This document shows, piece after piece, positions 38,401 through 51,537 of a stretch of DNA of 64,000 nucleotides. The notes under the pieces are model-generated. The model ran no database searches and was not told the origin of the DNA. It worked only from the letters and a program-made list of their open reading frames with translations. The DNA is from Octopus vulgaris (Eukaryota): positions 26,908,001-26,972,000 of the forward strand of contig OX597814.1 in the NCBI GenBank assembly GCA_951406725.2, given 5' to 3'. The position numbers and the translations under genes are program-made. Position 1 is the stretch's first letter. The number at the start of each line of letters is the position of its first letter.

Positions 38401-38859
38401 GTTAAAGCAGTTTCATATATTCTAGATTTTCTCAGAAACCATTTCTTCTTAATGTTTCATTTTAGTGGGATGCAGTTATATGTCACTGTAGGGTATAAGT
38501 TGAATACTTTCATGGTTACATAACTTACTGAGTTTGTTTTACAACTGTGGGAGATTTTTGAACTCTTAGGTGTTTTACATTTTCATAGGGCTTTCTGGAA
38601 TCAAGAAGAAATGTAACTGTTACAATAACTATTATAAGCCTTCCTAATTACTGAAATTGATAGATTTTGTTTAAGTTGATGAAAATCATTGGTACCTGTT
38701 TCCAGAACTGGACTGATTTCCCACTGGAAATCACTCCAGTTCTGGAAACCGGTTAGGACATGGTGTTTAATGCAATGCCTTGAATATGAGCCAGAGAAGG
38801 GGGTTACAAGAGAATATAAGATGAGTTAGGTGGTAAGATACGGAGTCAATATGCAAGTA

Positions 38860-39110
38860 GCTTGTTCAAGGAAGCAGAAGCCATTGAAGAAATAGAAGTG
38901 GCACAGAGAGATGGAGAGGAAACATCATATCATAACTATGTATTTGCAGCATTTTGATCTTTATCAAACAGGTTGATGGCATTACTTTGGACACAGTTAA
39001 GGATGTGTGTGTATGCATAATAGGAGTATTATCTGAGATATGTGAGCAGTATTCCAAAATGGGCTGTAGTTAAGCTTTGGTAATGGTGGCACATTCTCTT
39101 GAGGTGGAGA
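38860..39110 (-). mobile_element. LINE (L2/Jockey-group) RT C-terminal remnant
   Basis: Minus strand 'LTTAHFG' then frame with 'LEYCSHISDN' (RP.LEYCSHIW motif); same type as 32650. Confidence 0.55.
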
Positions 39111-39385
39111 TAATTATATTAAATCAAAAATCTATAGTATTTGAAATACCTGTATTTGTCTCTGTTGTTCAACTACATGCTGCTGGCCACTCTGAATTAT
39201 TTCTTGTAGCACTCATTTGTTTAATTAAGTAGTGATATATAATTACACATGTAAAAATTGCATATATATATATATATATATATATAATGTATATATATAT
39301 ACATAAAAGCATATTTAGGCATACATAAATGCAATGCATACATGCATATAAATGTACATACATTTGTATTTATGTACATGTTTTA

Positions 39386-39417
<32 letters not shown>

Positions 39418-39858
39418 CACGTATGTGTGTGTGCGTGCATACACACACATGCACACACACACACATGCACACACACACACATGCATACACACACACATAC
39501 ATAACAGTCACGTTAGCATCTGATTCTCAACCGTCATCTTATTTTCAAATGAAACATTTGCATACAGACTATTTAAATCAGTTCATATGCTCACACAGAT
39601 ACAAGCACACACACACACACATATGTACACACATAGTCACACACCACACACACACACACGCACGCACGCACGCACACACGCACGCACGCATGCACGCACA
39701 CACACACACACACTTGCAAACACACTCAAATTATGAATCTAGTATAATTTCTAAGTCTGATAAATGAAGGATCTTTCAGTAGCTTCCTTTATCTAGTTTG
39801 ACATTAGGCCAACACATGATATGAATAAAATTTCTCAGGAGATCAAATTTGAATAAAA

Positions 39859-39860
<2 letters not shown>

Positions 39861-39926
<66 letters not shown>
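39861..39926. repeat. (TA)n microsatellite
   Basis: Pure TA run; similar runs at 40206-40277 and 49381-49438. Confidence 0.95.
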
Positions 39927-39928
<2 letters not shown>

Positions 39929-40204
39929 CAGCAGTAACAATAACAACAAAAATAATAAAAACAGTTTTAAACCTGTCACTTTCAATGCCATTTACAAAGA
40001 GGTTTTAGGAATAGTCACTACAAAATCATTGCGATCATCACTATCAACTTCATCATCATTAGTGTTAACAACAGCAGGCAAGCCAGTTTTTTTCCTTTTC
40101 TTTAATTTTTATCATACTTTCTCTTTTTTTTCACTCTGTCTGCTTTCCTATATTGGCAGGGGTGAAATATGTCTTTAGCATAGCCTATCTATCTATTTTG
40201 ATTT

Positions 40205-40282
<78 letters not shown>

Positions 40283-41274
40283 ATGTCCAGCTGTCACCAT
40301 CCCAGAATATTTGCCAGAAATATTGTAAACCATTGAAAAACTCTCAATCATTTCAAGAATATTCACAAAAATAAAAACGTTAATTTACTTTATAATCTTT
40401 GCATAGGAAATAATTATAAATTCATTCTTCATACAAGTATAAATATATCTTCTATGTTATTATTATTATTATCATTATTAATATTCTGCTCTAGCTGTGT
40501 GAAAATGCTGTTTTTACTTCAACTTTCAAAACCTATTTTGTTCAGGCATTTCCAAATGAAATTTCCTTGGAGTGCTCATAAAAGGAACTATAATTTTCTA
40601 AGAAAGGACAGCCCTTTATACCCAGGAAATGGAAAGGCAACAGAAAATATCATGTGTTTCACAATCTTTTAAAATTTATTTTGCACACATTGCATTTTCG
40701 TGTCCAAAATGGTCATCACACATTTATGTGACACAACTAAATACTAGACTGGCTGCAAAGCAGCACAAATGAAAGCACACAACTAAAAGTATAAGATGAA
40801 GAAAATGAGCAATTGATATAAGAAATTGTCCCAAATACTGAAATAAGTCACTATATGAAAGCAAACTTCCCTTCAGTACAAATTGAATAGATGGAACTTT
40901 TAGATCTAACAGTTACATGAAAAAATGTAGATGGGAAAATTTTAAAAAACAAAATGGCATTTCTTTGCCAACTGACCTTCTGTTATTAATATGATTTATT
41001 GTTAATAATATTACAAAGTCACAAGAGAAGGTGAAGATATAACTGCAACAGATTGCTGAAAGCTAATATTTTCATCCTTCACAATTCTTAATACAAATTC
41101 CAGATGAAAATAAAATTTGTCTTACATTTACCTAAGGTTACAGGATAGTGATTGGGTTTGAAATAATTAACTATACTTTCTTAACATTTTAGTTTAATAC
41201 CTGTTCTAAAGAAAGGATAGTGAAGAGCATTATATCCCTTCGTTTCCATTTTTATAAAACTACAAATTTTCGTC

Positions 41275-41690
41275 ATCATCATTGTTTTGACATCCAATTT
41301 TCCATGCTTTCATGGGTCAGGTAGAATTTACTGAGGCAGATTTTCTACAGCATTATGTTCTTCCTGTCACCTGTTTCCAAGTAATTAATATTTCCCCATA
41401 ACAAGACATGTTTACACAATAGGTCAGAGATAAAGGGCCCTGATTGCATGATGGTGTCATTTGCCTACAACTATCATATGATGTCAAGGCAAGAAGACAG
41501 TAACACATGTATACAGACATACATATACATTTAAATATACAGTGAACTTTTTCAGTTTCCATCCACAAAATCCACTCACAAGGCTTTGGCCATAGAAGAC
41601 ACTTGTCCAAGGTGCCACACAGTGGGACTGAAAACCCACAAATATGTAGTTGGGAAGCACACTTCTTATCACACAGCCATGCCAGTGCTT
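41275..41690 (-). mobile_element. Composite SINE: tRNA-derived head with (ATG)n-tailed 3' end
   Basis: Head 41545-41690 (aatccactcacaaggctttgg...gacacttgtccaaggtgccacacagtgggactgaa...cacacagccatg). Tail catcatcattgttttgacatccaattttccatgc. A matching copy lies at 53720-54160. Confidence 0.7.
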
Positions 41691-44290
41691 ATTGACAGAT
41701 AAATGTCTATCAATAATTTATGTGAGATGAATGGTGCAGTTAAACTAAGTTGCGAGCCATGTAGTAAGTAAGACAAAAAAAAAAGCAAAAAAAAAGTTGA
41801 TACAAAGCAATTAGGTTAGACCTTAAACAAATGGAATTGCACTAGAAAGGAAAGATTGAAGGTACATTTCAATTTAAATATTTCTAGCCTTTTCAGAACT
41901 TGTAAAAGAAGAAAAAACAGATGCTATATAAAGGTGATAAGAATGATGAGAGGATGATTAGGGTGTGATAGTTTTAGCACAAGAGTAAAGTGCTAAACTA
42001 AAAAGTATTTCTGATATAAGTTCGCACTCGGTTAAGTATCAGCTTTCATTCTTCTGAATTTGATAAAATAAGTAATAATAGCATAAGAGTGGCACTAGTT
42101 TTATTTCCAAGCAGAAATAGACACCAAATTGTAAGGAAGCTAAAAGGCATATCCAGTTGAAAAATAAAAGAAATTATTCCTTTATACTTCGTATCTAGTG
42201 GAGAACTCCATATTGTTATAGTCAAGATGTGAATGGTGCCATATGTTCGTGAATTTGCCGAACACTGATGTAATTTACATTAATTCTGCAATACTTTGGG
42301 AGTGCAAAGACCTCTTTACACCTCCATTTCCTATGACATCAGTAAAAACATCTCCAATAATAGAATTATATTACTGTAGTGCTTTCATGTCCTCAAAACC
42401 AATTTTGCTAAAACTTTCTTCAGCTAAATTTCCCTTATCTTTGTCTCTTTAATTCCCTACCATCACCATCATCGCCATCACTACCACCTTCAGACATTTT
42501 CCCAGACTGACTCCTAATTTCATCACATTTCCTTTCCTAAATTCTTTGATTTTATTTGCAGTTCATGCTATTACCTCATTGTTTTTACTTTATCTACTTT
42601 TAAAACCTTTTCCTTTTTGTTTTGTTTTATTTCTCTTTTTAATCAGGAATCTATAAAATTCTTTATTTTTGGGTGGGGAACGATCCTCATTACTTGATTA
42701 TAGTGTCTTGAAATGAGTCAGTGATTGGGAGAAAATTAGAAAAACAAAGCACATGTTTTAACTGGTGTCTTCCGTCTGGGAGAAATTTGATTAGGAAATA
42801 TACCCAGCCCTTCCAGTTTTATCTGCTTAATGCTAAACTACAGCTGACACACATTCTTCTTCACAATATTTATATAATGATAACTAATTTTCTTCAAAAC
42901 AAAGATTGTATTAAACAAAAAGGAATGTAGACAAATCCTTGGGAAATTTTCCACATTTTCCCTTCTCTAAATAGAACAAAATATGAGCCAGGTTTTATTA
43001 CCTACACATTACCATTTCCCAATGAAAGAATAGATTTCTTATTCAGTGGTGAGAAAAAAAATGAAAGAAAAAATAGAAATAATCAGAGTGACAATTACCG
43101 ACATATTTTGCATCCTTCGAATTCTTTGGCTCATTCAGTGTTCTTTAATCATCTCCACAATTGAAATGATATAGAATTAAAGTAATGAGAAAGAAGATGA
43201 TAGTGCCAAGGATAAAGAATACTGTGGAAGTTTACAACATAATTATAAGACATAACTGACTCATTATTTTAGTTTCACATCTTTTTTCCCCTTTTGTTTT
43301 TAACTTCATTTTCACCAGTTTTCCAGGTACCATTGTAATTTCCTCATAGACATATGCATGCTAATTTAAGACCCTGAAGAGATTACAGAACATAATTTTC
43401 AATGTGTGATGCTATGATAAAACATTATTTTGAATTACTACTCATTTTTACCTTTGAGTTTCTTATTGTTTGCTGCTGCTGTTGTTGTTTCTTCCTTTTG
43501 TCTGTCTCCGAAATGCCTTCAGTTTGTTTTATTCTCATAACATACTTTTACAGAGGCAAAAATCCAAGAAAATATTTCTTTAGTATTTTCCTCATAAAAT
43601 AGAATTATTTTCAAATGGTGATGGACTCAGTTAAGGCTAAATAATCATATTAGGACCAAAAACTGGCTATTATAACTGGAAATAAATAATAAATAAATTA
43701 AAAATATCATAAATTGATTTATTATGATATTTACTATTACTTTTTCAGGATTCAGCGAATTTATGGTTTCATTTTTGACTCTATCTTATTTTATTGTTAT
43801 TGGTTAATGAAACAGTTTGATTTAAAGAAGACATATCAATACATTTAGACAGAAATTTGCATTGATATCTAATAACACATTATCTCAAAAACATGATTTA
43901 TTCAATTCATCTTTAAAGAAATGAAATATTGTTACCTATTCTCATATAAAATGTCTTTTTCTTTACTTTCTCTAAAAATATAGTCCATTAAATAGAGATT
44001 TGTGAAGACAGAGATACATACACACACTCACGCACAAACACACATACATATACACACACTCACACATATATGTGCGTGTGTATATGTATGTATATATATA
44101 TATAGTTCATATATAATACGCTAAGCAGTGTCTTACCACTTATCTCCCTTCTCAATTATTCAGTGAGATATATCATCAATAATAATAAAAATGTTGAGTA
44201 AAGAAGTACATATAGCTGCTGGTGGTAAAATTGCTTTAGTGAAGTTTATATTGATGACAACTGAAAATTGTTGTGAAGAATTTCTGTCTG

Positions 44291-44293
<3 letters not shown>

Positions 44294-44355
<62 letters not shown>
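44294..44355. repeat. (CT)n microsatellite
   Basis: Directly visible. Confidence 0.95.
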
Positions 44356-44358
<3 letters not shown>

Positions 44359-44984
44359 TCTCTCATTTTTCTTATTTCAATAATGAAAGTAATGTATTAT
44401 CATTGGAGGCAATATACATTGATGAATGATGAATATCTTTAAAATTTTTAACAATAAGCAAAAAATAGTAAATTCTTGTTAATGAACATTATTCAAGAGA
44501 AGCTGCTTGTCTACGAATCTTCAGATATTGATGTAAGTTTTAAATTTTTACCCAAATAAGTATTACAAACTTTTAGGCAAATATAATCCTACATTTATTG
44601 CAAATGCCAAATACTCAGCATTAATATATACCATTACAAAAATACAAAGTATTATGAACTAATACAAGTACAGGTGAGATGCCATTCTTCAGACGAGAAT
44701 GAAAATAACAGTATTTTAGGAGGAAATGTACTCTTTTCCCATTTTTGGATGAAAGTAAATGTTATTCTTGTTCTATTATTAATCAAGTCTTTAAAATAAA
44801 TATCTTCAATTTCAAAACTGTCAGAAGAATTTCTAATTTATGTTACTTTTATGAGTGGGAATACTGCTTTTCTAGTGAAGAGAGCATAAAGTATGGCTAT
44901 TTTAAATTGATTAGAACTTCAGTTTCTTTCAGTTACTCAGAATTTGACTGGTTAGCATCATACAATTGCTATGACAAACTTCTC

Positions 44985-45411
44985 AAATAGTAGCCACATC
45001 TAACTGTCTTGAAAGAGAGGGTAATATCAGCTAATGCAGTCTTAGTCACACTGTTGTTGAATCTTCCTCCACCATCTCTAAAAATAGGACAGTCACAGTA
45101 TTAAGACCTTTGATCACAAGGTTAACTTGGGAATACCCAACATCAACAGCAGCAGCAGCAGCAGTAGTAGTGGCAGCTATTCAGCTATTTTTGGATACTC
45201 TTTACTCTTTTACTTGTTTCAGTCATTTGACTGCGGCCATGCTGGAGCACCGCCTTTAGTCGAGCAAATCGACCCCAGGACTTATTCTTTGTAAGCCCAG
45301 TACTTATTCTATCGGTCTCTTTTGCCAAACCGCTAAGTGACGGGGACGTAAACACACCAGCATCGGTTGTCAAGCAATGCTAGAAGGACAAACAAAGACA
45401 CACAAACATAT

Positions 45412-45457
<46 letters not shown>

Positions 45458-45542
45458 GACAGGCTTCTTTCAGTTTCCGTCTACCAAATCCACTCACAAG
45501 GCTTTGGTCGGCCCGAGGCTATAGCAGAAGACACTTGCCCAA
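44985..45542 (-). repeat. Inverted duplicate of 51211-51747 (5'-truncated SINE plus ~210 bp of its 3' flank)
   Basis: aaatagtagccacatctaactgtcttgaaagagagggtaatatcagctaatgcagtcttagtc...ttggatactctttactcttttacttgtttcagtc...gacacttgcccaa is the reverse complement of 51211-51747, with few substitutions apart from microsatellite length. Confidence 0.95.
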
Positions 45543-45729
45543 CTATGCTAGTTGAGAAGTTTGTCTTGTAACCATATATTTGATTCCACTGCCCTATGAA
45601 TTCGTCAAGTGTCTTCCACAATGGCCTTGAGTTGACCAATGTTTAGGAGTTAAATATTTTAGATGGAAATTGTGCACCGGTGTAAATCAGTGCCTTCAAC
45701 AAAAACACCTTTTAATATTTGGGAAGTCA

Positions 45730-45945
45730 AAGGTGGCAAGCTGGCAGAATTGTTAGCTCACCAGGTAAAATGCTTAGCAGCATTTCATCCATTTTTATGT
45801 TCTGTTTTCAAAATCTGCTGAAGTTGACTTTGCACTTTCTCCTTCTGAGTTGATAAAATAAGTACCATTGGAGCACTAGGATCGATGTAATAGGTTTATG
45901 CCCTCCTTTGAAATAGCTGACCTTGTGCCAAAATTTGATACCAAT
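45730..45945 (+). mobile_element. tRNA-derived SINE with Nin-domain-like core
   Basis: aaggtggcaagctggcagaattgttagc...gttgactttgcactttctccttctgagttgataaaataagtacc...gatcgatgtaat. Confidence 0.8.
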
Positions 45946-46025
45946 ATTTGGGGAGTGACTTAGACATGAAGTAGAGATCGATACAAATTAAATTTCAAAC
46001 TTACTCTTAGGTTTAATATAATCAC

Positions 46026-46253
46026 TTAACTCTTTTGATGTCATATATCTGTTGAGATACATTGCTTTGTTTCAATTGATTTTGAAAATAACGAAGAATT
46101 AGTAAAATAACTTTAAAATTACTAAGCTGGTATTTGGAACATAAATTAACAAGAAATTTTTATGGCAGATTTTTATTTAGACCACTTTAAAATAGAAAGT
46201 GTGAATCACAGAATTGGTGGTGGTTTCAAGTGGGTTGGTATTAAGATGGTTAA
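46026..46253. mobile_element. TTAA-flanked MITE (piggyBac-like termini)
   Basis: Begins TTAActcttttgat and ends ggttggtattaagatggTTAA; imperfect TIRs inside TTAA tetramers. Confidence 0.55.
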
Positions 46254-48748
46254 GCCTTTGAAGATTATGTTCAAAGACAGAAGCTAATAAAGGACTAAAA
46301 GCATAATCCCATCAATACAGGCAGCCTAACATTCAATTTTTCTTATCCATTCTGAATTTGTCATCCTTATTCAGTACCATGAAATGAAATTCATTAGATA
46401 TTCATTCTAACAAGAATGGAATATTACAATTCTTTTCAAGAATACACAAAACAAGAAAGTTTCATTTCTGTGATATTTACTTTCATTTATGAAAAGGAAT
46501 TGTTCATATTTTACTAAATTAAAATTATGTAACTTGAATTTCTTTTTGTAAATTTTTTGATTAACAACTCCAACTTTAACACAGAAATAAACCATTTTCA
46601 ATAAATTCTAATAAACCCCTTTAACAGTTTATCAATAAACTTTCTGGTTAGTTTATTAATGTTTATTTCAGTAATAAAAAGAAAAATAGCAATCTTGTTA
46701 GTTCACTGCTAGAATACTTGCTTTAACAATCCCGAGTCTATTAGAGAAAGCAAAATACAGCAGCATATATCATAGTTGTACTGTTTTTATTAACAAACTC
46801 CAGATACTTTGTTAATATTTTCAGCACTGCAAACTCCAGTCTGTCTGCAGTGTAGAAACACTCAGTTTAGCAATAATTAGTTAATTAATAAAATACGATA
46901 TTCATCTGAGCATGACTGTGATGCTGGCCACTGACTCAAGGTGGCACATGTTCCTTGTCAAGTAATAATGCAATGAGTCATTCTTAAAATCTGCCAATGA
47001 CATGTAGATTGATGATGTTCAATCACAATTGGGGGTTGGTTGAATGCCCTGATGGGTTTCCATTGTGAAGTCCTAAGGGTGGCAGCTGATGCTTTTCATA
47101 GCTTTTAGCTTGATTGGAATTTATTTCATTTACTTAAAAGTTTAAGATTAGAAAAGACTTTAAATGAAAACTATTCCTTGTTTTCAATCAGTTGCAAACA
47201 GTTATACCAGGGTTCTCAAGCCATTTAAAGATACAGTTTGCTGGGCATGTAATGTGAGACATAAAATGCATAAAATAATAAGCATAAAAAATTATTACAT
47301 AGTCAGAGGAGCAGTTAAATGTGTGTGTATCAAAATATTCACAATCTATATCTGACATGCATACATAACTGACAAAATCTCAACAACTTGGAATAAATTA
47401 GATGCTGAAATAAATCGTTGTTCCTCAAATAACTTTATTGCAGCATTATAATCATGGAGATTAATTTAAACTTATTGACTGCAAATATATCTTCACATTA
47501 TAATTTTGAAGGTGAAAAATATAATAAAATGCATTTAGTTTCTTTCAAAAAATATAAACAACAAATAAGACGGTAAATTAAAAAAGATCCAATAAGGCTG
47601 ATTGAAGCCAGTAATTTCTATCGTAATGCTGTTCTACAAAATGGCATTAATAAGATGAAGGTGACAAATAACCCTCAGTCTAGTTTACTTAATGATACTG
47701 ATGACAATAAAGAAAACTAATTGATGCCATCTTAGTCCCATAAGACATCTGGTGTATCTATGGACATTAAGAAATGAGTAAATTGCAAATAGAATTACAG
47801 AATAATACAATGTAATCAATCTTACTAAATATTCTGTTGAAAATCAATTAAAACATCTCTGCATTAGCAGTTTGTGTAAACACCATGCCTAAATGAAAAA
47901 TCTAGTTTTAAGAATGAAGCAATCCCCAAGGTAAACAGGAAGTAGTAATATAGGCACTGAGAAGTAGAGGTCTTTCTATTAATGTTTCTTCTTCACTGGA
48001 TCAGTGCACACTGAGCAGAGCCAGATAATAAATCTTTCAAGCCAGCTTCTTCATGGCTCTCTTAGAGGAAGGAGGACAATAAAAAGCGTCTCACATAAAG
48101 ATACTGTTTCAGAGTAATTTGCAGGAATAATTTTCAAAAGTAATTTGTAAAAATCCTATCATTTATTGCTGAAACCTAGACCACAGTGGGATAATAAAAT
48201 TTCTTGTCCGATGATTATATGGAGATTTAATTAATGAGGTTTCATTCTTCAGTTTTTATTCAAGAAAGAAATGATGATGAAGTAGAAACTTACGTTATGG
48301 TGCTCTAGTTTTGTGCATAAGTTTCACGTCATACTGGTAATCAAAAATACATTTACGTATACTGAAAAACACATTTACATGCATCATCATCATCATCATC
48401 ATTGTTGTTGTTTTAATGTTTATGTTCTCATGCTAGTATGGGTTGGATTGTTCTACCATACAGATTATCGATCTTTTATTATCTTTACCATGATGACCAT
48501 GATCCTCAGATCATGACTCAGCATATTTCCCCATGTTTTCCTCTACAACAGGCTCATTCCACTATGAGTCCATGTCACTTTTAGCCATTAGCCTTTCACA
48601 TCTCATTATGATATAGAGCCCACATCTCTTTACCATATAGCTATATATTTCCAACATACACTTCATATGACCTGCATTTGAACAAATCATTGTTATCTGC
48701 AGAATTAACAGTTCCCTGAAATCCATACAGTATGGGTTGATTCCACTG

Positions 48749-49023
48749 GACCACATCTTAGGCAAGTGTCTTCTGCCATAGCCTTTGGGTGGCCATTGTT
48801 TTATGAAAAGAATTCAGTAGATAGAAGCTGCATATAGATGTAGAGTAATGACTCCATCAAAAACACATCATACCATTTGGGTAGTGACCACATCCTTAGG
48901 CAAGTGTCTTCTGCCATAGCCTTTGGTTGGCCAATGTTTTACGAAAAGAATTCAGTAGATAGAAGCTGCATATAGATGTAGAGTAATTACTCCAGCAAAA
49001 ACACATCATACCATTTGGGTAGT
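48749..49023 (+). repeat. Direct tandem duplication, 2 x ~137 bp
   Basis: 48749-48885 and 48886-49023 both read gaccacatc(c)ttaggcaagtgtcttctgccatagcc...aacacatcataccatttgggtagt with few mismatches. Confidence 0.95.
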
Positions 49024-49077
49024 AAGTTAACTTCCTTTATGTCAAATAGGCAATTTCTATCTAATAATAAATATGTG

Positions 49078-49378
49078 TGAAGGCACGTGGCCTAGTGGTT
49101 ATGATGTTGCACTCACAATCTAGTGATCATTAGTTAGATTCCCAGACTGAGCAGCATGTTGTGTTCTTGAGCAAAACACTTCCTTTTACAGTGCTTCAGC
49201 CCACTCAGCTGTAAACTGGTAGCCCTGTGATGGAATAGCCTTTCAATCACAGGGAATATAAACCTGGTCACCTAGCCAGCTGGATGGCATCATTTGAAAG
49301 TTAAAACATGGTGCAAAGCATATTGTGACCAGTGATGTATAAGTAACATCTGATAGTTTGATTGATCACATAATTACA

Positions 49379-49380
<2 letters not shown>
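49078..49380 (+). mobile_element. tRNA-derived SINE (gtgttcttgagcaaaacactt core)
   Basis: A-box-like ggcacgtggcctagtggtta, decayed B box, core 'ttgtgttcttgagcaaaacactt...ccactcagctg'. Related to 63270-63474. Confidence 0.7.
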
Positions 49381-49441
<61 letters not shown>

Positions 49442-49711
49442 TAGAAACTATCTATACTTGTGTTTATCTAAATTTTCCTATATTTATATAAATGCTTATA
49501 TAAGCACATGCACTCATACACACACACACACACACACTCACATATCATGATCAAAGATATCCACACTTAGAAGAACTTTTAAAAACAGCAGGTATATTTT
49601 ATCATCAGGAAATAATAATATATGCACACGCACACACATGCACGCACACACACATATCCACACACACATACATACATACATGCATACATACATACATACA
49701 TACATATACAC

Positions 49712-49746
<35 letters not shown>

Positions 49747-49942
49747 ACGGGAAGGTTTACGAAAATAAACAAAAGACGAAGGCAGGTGGAGTACAAACAA
49801 ACAATTGTATTAGTATGGCGCTCAGGAATAGAAATAAAACAAGTCTTTTACGTTTCGAGCCTACGCTCTTCGACAGAAAGATACACAGAAAAGAAACAAG
49901 GAGAGAAAAAAATGCGTGTAGGAGCTAACGATCCAACATGGC

Positions 49943-49944
<2 letters not shown>
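49747..49944 (-). mobile_element. Penelope-like terminal repeat fragment inside a TA microsatellite
   Basis: CpG-retaining (young-looking) insert between TA tracts, carrying a hammerhead-like motif. Confidence 0.6.
49844..49881 (-). ncRNA. Minimal hammerhead-like motif with variant core (CUGUCGA)
   Basis: Minus strand: tcttt-CTGTCGA-a-gagc-gtag-gctc-GAAAC-GTA-aaaga. Perfect stems I and II; palindromic ACGT in place of stem III. Confidence 0.65.
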
Positions 49945-49984
<40 letters not shown>

Positions 49985-50056
49985 ATTCGAGTTCAGGCTT
50001 CCACTGCTAGAAGTTATTTGATATATATATATTGATACATATATATATATATATTG

Positions 50057-50120
<64 letters not shown>

Positions 50121-50179
50121 ATACATATATATATATATACATACATACATATATCATCATCATCATATATATATATATA

Positions 50180-50890
50180 CAAGGAGGTACTTAAGAGTAA
50201 CCGGAAAAGTTCTCTGTGGGACAAGCCCGTTGTAGTTCAGGCTTCCACTGCTAGAAGTTATTTGATGCGACCCTTAGGCATCAGTCTGCTGACTGGCGTT
50301 CTTGAGTGAAGTTATACTGCCACGTAGTGCATCTTTATTTTGCTGTGCTTCTCCCCTGTTTGTCAATTTTTTGTGATGGCTGAAACAAAGGAAGAGCATA
50401 CTTCCATGAAATTCTGTTTTCTGCTGGAGAAACGGCGATCAAAACAGTTGTCATGCTTCAAACTGTTTACAAGAATGCTGCCATGAGCGAAACACGAGTT
50501 TATGAGTGGTTTCCACACTTTAGGAATGGTTACTTGTTGCTTGAAGACCAACTTTGTTCATACTGACCATCGACCTCCCGAATGAATGAAAACATATCGA
50601 AAATTCATGAATTGATGTTGGAGGACCATCACTGAACAATTGACGAACTTATTGATATGATTTGTGTGTCCTGAAGCACCTGCCAACGAACTGCCAACGA
50701 AAATAACAACAAAGGCATTAAAAGGCATCACCTCAAAAGTGGCTGCACTGCTTCAAATAGTGGTAAATGTGCCTGGGTCAACGCATTCCTTCAAATGGAG
50801 AATACGTTGAAGTGATAAAAGTGTAAACATGTAAAACTAAGTGAATAAAATAATATTGTAAAATTCTGGTTTCTTTGGAGTACCCCCTTG
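50180..50890 (+). mobile_element. Internally deleted (non-autonomous) mariner element
   Basis: TIRs TA|CAAGGAGGTACTTAAGAGTAACCGGAA...TTCTGGTTTCTTTGGAGTACCCCCTTG|TA. N-terminal transposase remnant 'MAETKEEHTSMKFCF/ETAIKTVVMLQTVYKNAAMSETRVYEWFPHFRNG...LED...PSTSRMNENISKIHELMLED' is joined to the C-terminal 'NGEYVE'. Confidence 0.9.
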
Positions 50891-50996
50891 TATGTATGAA
50901 TTGCCTGTACGGCTAAGTGTTTTATAACTGCAAAATCAATGGTCACTCTTTGACCAGCCATAACAAACAACCTTCTAAAGATGTATATATGTATAA

Positions 50997-51041
<45 letters not shown>

Positions 51042-51132
51042 CTCACATATACATCCATGTTATGTGATATATTATCACATACCAAAACTGAAAATGTAGA
51101 ATGGTAAAAAAATTTTATTAAAAATTGTAAAT

Positions 51133-51537
51133 AGGCGCGGGAGTGGCTGTGTGGTAAGTAGCTTGCTAACCAACCACATGGTTCCGGGTTAAGTCCCACT
51201 GCGTGGCACCTTGGGCAAGTGTCTTCTGCTATAGCCTCAGGCCGACCAAAGCCTTGTGAGTGGATTTGGTAGACGGAAACTGAAAGAAGCCTGTCGTATA
51301 TATGTATATATATATGTGTGTATGTGTTTGTGTGTCTGTGTTTGTCCCCCTAGCATTGCTTGACAACCGATGCTGGTGTGTTTACGTCCCCGTCACTTAG
51401 CGGTTCGGCAAAAAAGAGACCGATAGAATAAGTACTGGGCTTACAAAGAATAAGTCCTGGGGTCGATTTGCTCGACTAAAGGCGGTGCTCCAGCATGGCC
51501 GAAGTCAAATGACTGAAACAAGTAAAAGAGTAAAGAG
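51133..51537 (+). mobile_element. Full-length young tRNA-derived SINE
   Basis: A box ggagtggctgtgtggtaag, B-box-like gggttaagtccc, body ggcaagtgtcttctgctatagcc...gtgagtggatttggtagacggaaactgaaagaagcc, internal TA/TG tract, 3' tail gaaacaagtaaaagagtaaagag. CpGs retained. Confidence 0.9.

Noticed and set aside
51133-51205. tRNA genes here and at 59571-59645 and 63400-63474
   Set aside because: The tRNA-like A/B boxes continue into SINE bodies and do not form complete cloverleaves; they are SINE heads.
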